DNA from: Pyrococcus horikoshii OT3
Lineage (GTDB): Archaea > Methanobacteriota_B > Thermococci > Thermococcales > Thermococcaceae
NCBI RefSeq assembly: GCF_000011105.1
Contig: NC_000961.1
Coordinates: 582,662-606,661, forward strand
Length of the DNA: 24,000 bases
Direction of reading: 5' to 3'
The notes beneath the pieces were generated by a model, which searched no databases, was not told the DNA's origin, and saw nothing but the letters and a program-made list of their open reading frames with translations. The translations under genes were made by a program, and so were the position numbers. Of this stretch, positions 9,410-15,944 are shown in pieces (position 1 is the stretch's first letter; the number at the start of each line of letters is the position of its first letter).

Positions 9410-9570
9410 GTCCGACCTGCCGCCCGGGGGCCCGACCGAGGGAGCGTGCCGAGAATGGCGCGCAATGAACGAGGTGACGTCGTCGGGCGGACAGGGCCCG
9501 GTCTCCGGGGCCGCCTGAGGTTGCCGAGAATGGCGTTCAATGAAGGCGGGCGGATAATCCGGGCCTAAAG
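9410..9570 (+). ncRNA. Two-hairpin H/ACA-box pseudouridylation guide sRNA.
   Basis: A sharp GC-rich island in AT-rich DNA.
Hairpin 1: the lower stem CCGCCCG (9420-9426) pairs with CGGGCGG (9484-9490) and is followed immediately by ACA (9491-9493). There is an internal pocket, a K-turn (GA 9442-9443 opposite AAU-GA 9464-9468), a 7-bp apical stem and a GAGAAU loop.
Hairpin 2: the lower stem GGCCCGG (9495-9501) pairs with CCGGGCC (9559-9565). The upper stem CCGCCU (9511-9516) pairs with AGGCGG (9544-9549). The K-turn module and GAGAAU loop are the same as in hairpin 1, and the 3' tail is UAAAGA (only an ANA-like box).
ACA follows a stem only on the plus strand. Confidence 0.6.
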
Positions 9571-10203
9571 AACTTTAATTCTAACTTTATCTCCATCTTG
9601 AAGATTCAAAGTTTTTCTTAAGTTAACTGGAGCTATTACCTCGGCGATTTTTGGAGGATGAACGGTTCTTGATGGTATAACTATAGCCCCCTCTATTCCA
9701 TCTATTTTAATTCTATAGGCTCTTACATCTCCAAAAGTCCTCCCGTTCTTTTTAAATCCCGGAATTATGATTGGTCTAGACGTGCATAAAGCATCAAAGA
9801 TTGTTTTTGGGAAAATGACCTTAACATTTAATGTTCCAGGATAGGGATCAAATCCTAAATATTCCCTGATAAAAGGAGCATACTGTCTAACGTAATACGC
9901 CCCTTCCCCAATCCCTGAGATAACTTCGCCCACTATGACTCCAGAATATAGGGCTATTGATATATCCTCGTAAAGCTTCTCTAAGAGCCTTATCCCCTTT
10001 TCCGTAATCATGACTGAAGTCCCCCTTCTTGATTCCTCTTTTTCTATGTATCCCAACTCCTCAAGCTCTTCAAGCCATCTGAGAGTTGTTTGGGGTGAAA
10101 CATCTAACTCTTTACTAATTTCCCTGAGAGTTATTGTTATCTTTCCCCCTATTGCCCCTCTTTTTCCTAGATCTATTAGGAGAAGGAGTGTTTTTAACTT
10201 CAT
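9565..10203 (-). CDS. ribK: CTP-dependent archaeal riboflavin kinase fused to an N-terminal winged-HTH domain (RbkR-like architecture).
   Basis: The C-terminal half aligns with the MJ0056-type kinase ([44 protein letters not shown]). The N-terminal region [33 protein letters not shown] is a wHTH. Confidence 0.85.
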
Positions 10204-10750
10204 AAATCCTCCCCTTTGATAGTTTATCGGCCAATTTTAATGGTTTTGGATACCCACTTTCGTCGAGTATCGCTCTTATTATTTTGGTGGCATCTTCAAG
10301 CGTTATAAGATTTCCAACACTTACATAGACTTTTCCAACTTTCTTATAGGTATCCTTTGGTGTGTTTTTTAGTAATCTCTTTGCCACTCCTATAGTAGGT
10401 TTCCTAAGAACAACTCCAATATGTGAGGCTAATCCATACCCTCTTGGATGGGCTTTTCCGTGCCCCTCAACTATAAGAACATCGAATGTCTCTCCTTTTG
10501 TTGCTATAAGTATAGGTTTGGTCTCCCTTAGAAAGAAGAAGGTGGGGATATATGGAAAAGATACCGTTGTTTCAATAACTTTAGTTTTCAGGACTTCTCC
10601 CTCTGGAAACGTCGTTATAACTAATGCTGCTCTTGCCTTTTCTTCCTTGTATGAAACGTCCACTGCTGCAACTTTTCTAACCTCATTTATCTTCCTTTCG
10701 ACTATACTTTTACTCAGTTTTTTCTGAATATTTGCTATCCTCTCTAACAT
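10115..10750 (-). CDS. nfi: Endonuclease V, a deoxyinosine/inosine-specific endonuclease.
   Basis: Family motifs [38 protein letters not shown] and IGVAK. The last 29 codons form a basic low-complexity tail that overlaps ribK. Confidence 0.9.
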
Positions 10751-11360
10751 TTAGGAACCCCTCTATCTTCTCCTCAACACTTCTGTTTATCTTTGCCCTT
10801 GTTAAATCTTCTAATGTTTTTTCAAGGATATATCTAGCTTGATCTTGTTTTTGTCTTATATTAACTAGTCCTTTTGGATATTCAAGTGTCATTAGCTCTT
10901 CATACACATTTTCCATAAATTTGTATATATCTTCAGCAACATCTAGCTTTCCTTGCATGAGGTTTATTAAAAAATGCCTTCTTAACTCTCCGATGAAATC
11001 TCCGATTCCCAATATGTAGTCCTGGGGTGGAACTCCAAGTTCTTCAAAGCTTGGGAAATCCTTGTTGGTCAAATACCTGTAAAGGAGTGTTGCTTCGACG
11101 AATTCCTGGTTAGCAGTTTGAACGTATCCTGAATAATAAAGGTCTTCATGCTCTTTGAGCTTTTTCTTAAGTTCCTCTATTAGTAATGAAGCTTTTTCAA
11201 GTCTTTCCCTAGCTAGCTCCATATCTTCCCTATGCATAGCCTTTATAGCATCGCCACTAAGTCTGACTATTTCTCTCGTGATTTGAAGAGCTTCTTCCCT
11301 AATAGCGTCTTTTTCATCGAGTACCTCCTTAATTCTTGCTATAACCTCATTTATCTTCAT
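10710..11360 (-). CDS. Translin-family protein (archaeal translin/TRAX homologue, nucleic-acid binding).
   Basis: 216 aa, all-helical, with the translin-family signature region [19 protein letters not shown]. It overlaps the nfi start by 41 nt. Confidence 0.75.
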   Translation of the reverse strand: MKINEVIARIKEVLDEKDAIREEALQITREIVRLSGDAIKAMHREDMELARERLEKASLLIEELKKKLKEHEDLYYSGYVQTANQEFVEATLLYRYLTNKDFPSFEELGVPPQDYILGIGDFIGELRRHFLINLMQGKLDVAEDIYKFMENVYEELMTLEYPKGLVNIRQKQDQARYILEKTLEDLTRAKINRSVEEKIEGFLNVREDSKYSEKTE

Positions 11361-11384
11361 CTCCTTCCCCCTCCCTATTTTTAG

Positions 11385-11404
11385 GTAAAGTTTTTATTTT
11401 AAAT
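11385..11404 (+). promoter_or_regulatory. Candidate BRE/TATA for tfs.
   Basis: GTAAAG followed by TTTTTATTTTAAAT, about 40-55 nt upstream of ATG 11443. A GGGGGGTGAG RBS precedes the start codon. Confidence 0.4.
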
Positions 11405-11442
11405 TAGGTTACCTTAACTTTGGCTAAACGGGGGGTGAGAAA

Positions 11443-11775
11443 ATGGTAAAGTTCTGCCCTAGGTGCGGGAGTATAATGATTCCGGATAAGAAGAGAGGAG
11501 TTTTCGTGTGTAGGAAGTGTGGTTACGAGGAACCCATTAATCCTGAGGATGCTAAAGCCTATAGAAGAACTGAGGAGATTAAGCATAAGCCCGATGAGGG
11601 AGTTATAGTGATAGAACAAGACTTTTCAACGTTACCAACTGCAAAAGTTACCTGTCCGAAATGCGGCTATCATGAAGCCTGGTATTGGGAGGTTCAGACT
11701 AGGGCCGGGGATGAACCCTCAACGATATTCTATAAGTGCAAAAGGTGTGGCTACGTATGGAGGAGCTACGAGTAA
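11443..11775 (+). CDS. tfs: Transcription factor S (TFIIS/RpoM-like transcript cleavage factor).
   Basis: 110 aa. It has two zinc ribbons (CPRCGS...CRKCG and CPKCG...CKRCG) and the acidic hairpin RAGDEP. Confidence 0.95.
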   Translation: MVKFCPRCGSIMIPDKKRGVFVCRKCGYEEPINPEDAKAYRRTEEIKHKPDEGVIVIEQDFSTLPTAKVTCPKCGYHEAWYWEVQTRAGDEPSTIFYKCKRCGYVWRSYE

Positions 11776-11948
11776 AAGTTCTTATTAAGTTAGCGGAGAA
11801 AGCTTTAAAGGAACTTGATGAAGCCTATAGAAGGATTCCTGAGGTTAACAATGGAAAAACTTATTTACTAAGAGGGAAAGAGAGAGTTAGGCTTATGCTT
11901 AATATCCTAAAGGAGGTGCAAAAAGATGCCATTCGAAATAGTCTTTGA
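11757..11948 (+). CDS. Small hypothetical helical protein of 63 aa (70 aa if started at 11736).
   Basis: The ORF sits between tfs and PCNA and overlaps both ends. ATG 11757 is preceded by AAAGGTG. The K/E/L-rich composition matches neighbouring genes. I recognise no family. Confidence 0.5.
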   Translation: MEELRVKVLIKLAEKALKELDEAYRRIPEVNNGKTYLLRGKERVRLMLNILKEVQKDAIRNSL

Positions 11949-12675
11949 GGGTGCAAAGGAATTTGCCCAGCTCATAGAGACGGCCAGCAGGCTTATAGAT
12001 GAAGCGGCCTTTAAGGTAACAGAAGAAGGAATATCAATGAGGGCTATGGATCCGAGTAGAGTAGTTTTAATTGACCTTAACTTACCTTCGAGCATATTCA
12101 GTAAGTATGAGGTGGATGGGGAAGAGACGATAGGTGTCAATATGGATCACCTAAAGAAAGTTCTTAAGAGAGGTAAGGCCAAGGATACGCTTATCTTGAG
12201 AAAAGGAGAAGAGAACTTCCTAGAAATAAGCCTCCAAGGGACTGCTACTAGAACCTTTAGATTACCCCTAATCGACGTTGAAGAGATCGAAGTGGAATTA
12301 CCTGATCTCCCGTATACAGCAAAGGTTGTCGTTCTGGGCGAAGTGCTTAAGGAAGCAGTTAAAGATGCTTCCTTAGTAAGCGATAGCATAAAGTTCATGG
12401 CTAAGGAAAATGAGTTTATCATGAGAGCGGAAGGAGAAACCCAGGAAGTTGAAGTTAAGTTAACCCTGGAGGATGAGGGGTTACTTGATATAGAAGTTCA
12501 AGAGGAGACAAAGAGCGCTTATGGGGTTAGTTATCTAGCGGATATGGTAAAGGGAATAGGAAAGGCCGATGAAGTGACAATGAGATTCGGGAATGAAATG
12601 CCGATGCAGATGGAGTACTATATTAGGGATGAAGGTAGGTTAACGTTCCTGCTAGCCCCAAGGGTTGAGGAGTGA
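11926..12675 (+). CDS. pcn: DNA polymerase sliding clamp PCNA.
   Basis: 249 aa beginning MPFEIVFEGAKEFAQLIETASRLIDEAAFKV, the typical Pyrococcus PCNA sequence. A strong AGGAGGTG RBS lies 7 nt upstream. Confidence 0.97.
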   Translation: MPFEIVFEGAKEFAQLIETASRLIDEAAFKVTEEGISMRAMDPSRVVLIDLNLPSSIFSKYEVDGEETIGVNMDHLKKVLKRGKAKDTLILRKGEENFLEISLQGTATRTFRLPLIDVEEIEVELPDLPYTAKVVVLGEVLKEAVKDASLVSDSIKFMAKENEFIMRAEGETQEVEVKLTLEDEGLLDIEVQEETKSAYGVSYLADMVKGIGKADEVTMRFGNEMPMQMEYYIRDEGRLTFLLAPRVEE

Positions 12676-12694
12676 TACTTCTTCATAATTTTTT

Positions 12695-13264
12695 ATGGGG
12701 ATTCAAATGGATATTGAGGTTCTGAGACGTCTTCTCGAGAGGGAATTATCTTCTGAGGAGCTAACTGAGATAGATGAGGAATTTTACAGAGATTTGGCTA
12801 GCTTTAGGAAGGCCTTGGAACTAAATGCTGAGAGGTATGAAGAAAGGGGAGAGGATATAGAAAAAAGATTATATCTAGCCCAACTTTCGCTTGTTCAAAG
12901 CATAGCTCGAGAGATCTTAAAGATCAGACTGCATAAGATTGTAGATATGGCCTTTGAGGGCGTGCCGAAGAATTTGGTTGGCGACGAGAAAAAGATATTT
13001 GCCGTACTATCGGCCTTTATTAATGGAGAACCTATTTCAATTGAGACAACAGAGGTAGAGGTAAAGGAAGAAAAAGTAGAATCAAAGACACCTTCTGGCT
13101 TTTTAGAGTTGTACCTCTTAAAATCAGATATCCCCAGGATCATTGATGAGAACCTTAACGAATATGGCCCCTTTAAGGCCGGGGATCTTGTTACCCTACC
13201 AAGATCTATTGGGAATGTTTTGGTCAAGCGTGAGGTGGCCGAAAAAATAACGATTAGGATTTGA
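12695..13264 (+). CDS. GINS complex subunit Gins51 (Sld5/Psf1-like).
   Basis: It has the helical A-domain (LRRLLERELSSEELTEIDEEFY...RLYLAQLSLVQSIAREILKIRLHKI) plus a small C-terminal B-domain. It lies immediately downstream of PCNA, as in other Thermococcales. The real start may be ATG 12707 (MDIEV...), which follows GGGGA. Confidence 0.85.
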   Translation: MGIQMDIEVLRRLLERELSSEELTEIDEEFYRDLASFRKALELNAERYEERGEDIEKRLYLAQLSLVQSIAREILKIRLHKIVDMAFEGVPKNLVGDEKKIFAVLSAFINGEPISIETTEVEVKEEKVESKTPSGFLELYLLKSDIPRIIDENLNEYGPFKAGDLVTLPRSIGNVLVKREVAEKITIRI

Positions 13265-14495
13265 AGGCGAGTAGAAAGCTCACTATTAATGGTAGGGTTG
13301 TAGAATAAAGCATTACTGAGAATCCGAAATTATCTGCTATTAACCCTCCAATTAAAGGACCTATCACCCATCCCAGAGTCATCATCGTGTTTAAAAGTCC
13401 CATACCCTGACCTCTTTCCCTGTGTGGTACTCTTCTTGCAACGTAAGTCGATGCAGAACTGGTAATCATGGCCCATTTCACTCCCGATAGCAATGACACT
13501 AGGGCCATAATGATGATAGTGGTAGCCCAAGCATAACCTATGAACGTTAATATATATCCAAGAATTGCCAGCTTGTAAAATACCTTTTCTCCGTATTTAT
13601 CTATTAGCCTTCCAATTAGAAGTGATCCTAGGGCCGCTGCCAGGGAATCTATTCCAAGTAAAAACCCAACAAATTCCTCTCCGAACTTCTCTTGAAAATA
13701 CACTGGAACGGTTGCATAAACTTCTCCTGAGGCAATCATCGCCAGTAAAACTGAGAGATAGAACGCTCCAAGTTCCCCCTTCATTAACATTTTAAATGCT
13801 GAACTCTTCATTTCAACTTTTTCGGACTCTCTACCCTCTCTAATTGGAAGAAAACTACCAATATTCTTCTTTTTCCTTTCTCTCTCCTTTACTTGGGTCA
13901 AGAACAATATTGAGACCAGAGAAACTATGGAGGTTGCCAAAAATGCACTTTTTATTCCCACCTTTTTCACTATATACCCACCCAGGAAATTCCCTACCAT
14001 GAACCCCATATTCTCCACGAAATTAAAGAAGCCAAACATTGAACCTACCCTAGTAGAAAGTTCCGATATCAATGCTGAATGCGCTGGTGCGAAGGAAGCT
14101 CCTAATGCCCCTTGGGTACCTCTTAGGGATAGAAGGAGGATCGGTGTTGATATAAAGATGACTAAAACGTATGTGGTACCCGAGAATAGAACTCCCAAAA
14201 TTATGAATGGCTTTCTCTTTCCAATTTTATCTGAAAGATATCCAAATGGATACTGAAAGATTGCTGAGGTTAAGTTGTAGATAACACTTAATAAACCCAC
14301 TAAAAACATCGTTCCCCCTATAATCTTCATGTACACAGTTAAGTATGGATATCCAATCCCCCAAGCTAAGTTTGCAAAGAACATCCCTATTGCAAAGAAG
14401 GTTATATTCCTCTTAAGGGTGTTTCTTCTGGCTTTTCCAGCCCTTTCTCGGATACCCTGAAGAATTGTGTTCTTTCTCGTTTTCATTAAGGTCAC
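13254..14495 (-). CDS. Major facilitator superfamily transporter.
   Basis: 413 aa with about 12 predicted TM helices. MFS motif-A-like loops are present in both halves (GYLSDKIGKRKP and GRLIDKYGEK). The 3' end overlaps the convergent GINS gene by 11 nt. Confidence 0.85.
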   Translation of the reverse strand: MTLMKTRKNTILQGIRERAGKARRNTLKRNITFFAIGMFFANLAWGIGYPYLTVYMKIIGGTMFLVGLLSVIYNLTSAIFQYPFGYLSDKIGKRKPFIILGVLFSGTTYVLVIFISTPILLLSLRGTQGALGASFAPAHSALISELSTRVGSMFGFFNFVENMGFMVGNFLGGYIVKKVGIKSAFLATSIVSLVSILFLTQVKERERKKKNIGSFLPIREGRESEKVEMKSSAFKMLMKGELGAFYLSVLLAMIASGEVYATVPVYFQEKFGEEFVGFLLGIDSLAAALGSLLIGRLIDKYGEKVFYKLAILGYILTFIGYAWATTIIIMALVSLLSGVKWAMITSSASTYVARRVPHRERGQGMGLLNTMMTLGWVIGPLIGGLIADNFGFSVMLYSTTLPLIVSFLLAFKS

Positions 14496-14527
14496 CCTCT
14501 AAACGTTTAGCTATTGAACTCAATGGG

Positions 14528-14540
14528 ATAAAGTTTATAA
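14528..14540 (+). promoter_or_regulatory. BRE/TATA for tRNA-Trp.
   Basis: ATAAAG followed by TTTATAA (14534-14540), 30 nt upstream of the mature 5' end at 14570. Confidence 0.5.
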
Positions 14541-14569
14541 GTTCATCGAAAGCTAAAAATTAATCGAGT

Positions 14570-14718
14570 GGGGGCGTGGTGTAGCCTGGTCCATCATCGC
14601 GGGCTCCAGAGGCCATGAGGATAGGCGGGTTTGCTGACCTCGGGGCGTGATGAACCTTTGGAGCCCCGAGGGCCGGAGAAACCCGCGGACCGGGGTTCAA
14701 ATCCCCGCGCCCCCACCA
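14570..14718 (+). tRNA. tRNA-Trp (anticodon CCA) with a 71-nt intron at the canonical 37/38 position and an encoded CCA end.
   Basis: The acceptor stem GGGGGCG pairs with CGCCCCC. The anticodon stem GCGGG (14599-14603) pairs with CCCGC (14682-14686). The anticodon loop is CU-CCA-GA, with CCA at 14606-14608. The T arm is CGGGG-UUCAAAU-CCCCG, followed by discriminator A and CCA (14716-14718). Confidence 0.9.
14610..14680 (+). ncRNA. tRNA-Trp intron carrying a box C/D 2'-O-methylation guide.
   Basis: The boxes are C AUGAGGA (14615-14621), D' CUGA (14634-14637), C' GUGAUGA (14647-14653) and D CCGA (14666-14669). Both spacers are exactly 12 nt. By the N+5 rule the D guide pairs with 14602-14612 and targets C34 (14606). 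The D' guide pairs with 14679-14686 and targets C39 (14682). Confidence 0.8.
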
Positions 14719-14730
14719 AGTTTTTACTTT
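14719..14730 (+). terminator. Oligo-T terminator candidate for tRNA-Trp.
   Basis: AGTTTTTACTTT starts directly after the CCA end. The T5 run (14721-14725) overlaps the stop codon of the convergent racemase gene. Confidence 0.4.
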
Positions 14731-15410
14731 TCTAATGCAACCTTAACGGCAACTTCTGCTATAACATCCATAGGATCTATGAGGGGAACTTTTAGATCAT
14801 CCTGCTTAAGAACTACACTAACTTCGGTACATCCAGCTATTATGCACTCTGCTCCTCTCTCCTCTAGGATTTTTGCAGTCTTAAGTAGTAGCTCTCTTCC
14901 AAGCTTCAAATTCCCGGCTTTAACCCCCTCATATATCCCTCTCATAACATCTTTCTGCTCATCTTCCGTTGGAGTCATGATTTCAACTCCATACTTGGAA
15001 AACTCTTTTTCATAAACTCCACTCACTATAGTTCCAGTAGTAGCTAGCAAGCCAGCTTTTTTGAACCCTAACTCTTTTACTTTTTTTGCAGTTTCTTCTA
15101 TCATGCTAATTATGGGGATCTTGATAGCCTTCCTTATATCCTCAACAAACGCATGCGCGGTGTTACAAGGCATTATTATAAAGTCGGCCCCACACTCTTC
15201 TAGTCTTTTAGCCGTCCAGATAAGTTGTGGTCTTGGATCTTCTCCTTTACCAAGAATATAAGCAGTTCTATCAGGAATTTGAGGATTATTGAATATTATA
15301 ACCTTCGGGTGTTCCTGATCCCTCTTTGCCGGGGTTTTAATGACAATTCTCCTGAAGAGTTCGGCCGTAGCTAACGGACCCATACCACCAAGTATACCTA
15401 TCGTTTTCAT
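14724..15410 (-). CDS. Aspartate racemase (PLP-independent, two-cysteine type).
   Basis: 228 aa with the catalytic Cys motifs IIMPCNTAH and IAGCTEVS. It matches my memory of the structurally characterised Pyrococcus aspartate racemase. Confidence 0.95.
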
Positions 15411-15925
15411 GATCTGACCTCCTTAAGTTTGTTCTTTTCGATTTCAATAACTCTTGCGAGCAAGAATAGAAGATCACTAAGCCTATTTAAGTAAACTAAC
15501 GCCTCCTTACCTATACCAAATTCTCTTAATACTGTAGCAACCTTTCTTTCGGCCCTCCTAGCTATGGTTCTGCATACATCAAGCTTAGCACTTTCGAGAG
15601 TTCCTCCTGGGAGTACAAAAGACTTTAAATTGACCATTTCTTCATACCTAGATATAAGCCCTTCGAGCCACTTTATTCTCTCCTCACTGATTCCTTCTAT
15701 CTTTCCCTTACTTCCTATTTCTCCCATTATCTTGTAAATGTCGTTTTGAATTTCCTCTAGGATCCCTTTCATCTCCTCGTCAACGTAGTGCTTGGCTTCC
15801 CCTATAAAACTCGTTAGTTCATCTAAGGTTCCGTTTGCCTCTATGATTGGGGAATCTTTCCAGACTTCCTCTCCTCCAAACAGCCGTGTCGATCCTTTGT
15901 CTCCAACCTTGGTTGTTATTCTCAT
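15407..15925 (-). CDS. PduO-type ATP:cob(I)alamin adenosyltransferase.
   Basis: 172 aa. The N-terminal [13 protein letters not shown] motif and the helical bundle region [10 protein letters not shown]...[14 protein letters not shown] are typical of the PduO/MMAB family. It has an ATGA overlap with the racemase gene. Confidence 0.85.
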
Positions 15926-15944
15926 CCAATCACCATATGATCCT

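Noticed and set aside
9447-9544. A 23-nt direct repeat with a 75-nt period in a GC-rich island, considered as a mini-CRISPR, a REP-like element or an integration scar.
   Set aside because: There are only two copies. Each forms the K-turn/apical loop of one H/ACA hairpin, and the flanking stems and ACA box explain the whole island. No cas genes or leader are present.
14496-14730. tRNA-Trp considered as an integration hotspot for a mobile element or genomic island.
   Set aside because: There is no integrase and no duplicated tRNA 3' segment elsewhere in the window. Flanking genes show no compositional break and are ordinary housekeeping or transport genes.
14647-15015. A 122-aa plus-strand ORF that starts inside the tRNA-Trp intron and runs through the 3' exon into the racemase gene.
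   Set aside because: Its start is the C' box GUGAUGA of the intron. Its first 24 codons are tRNA sequence and the rest is antisense to a well-supported racemase.
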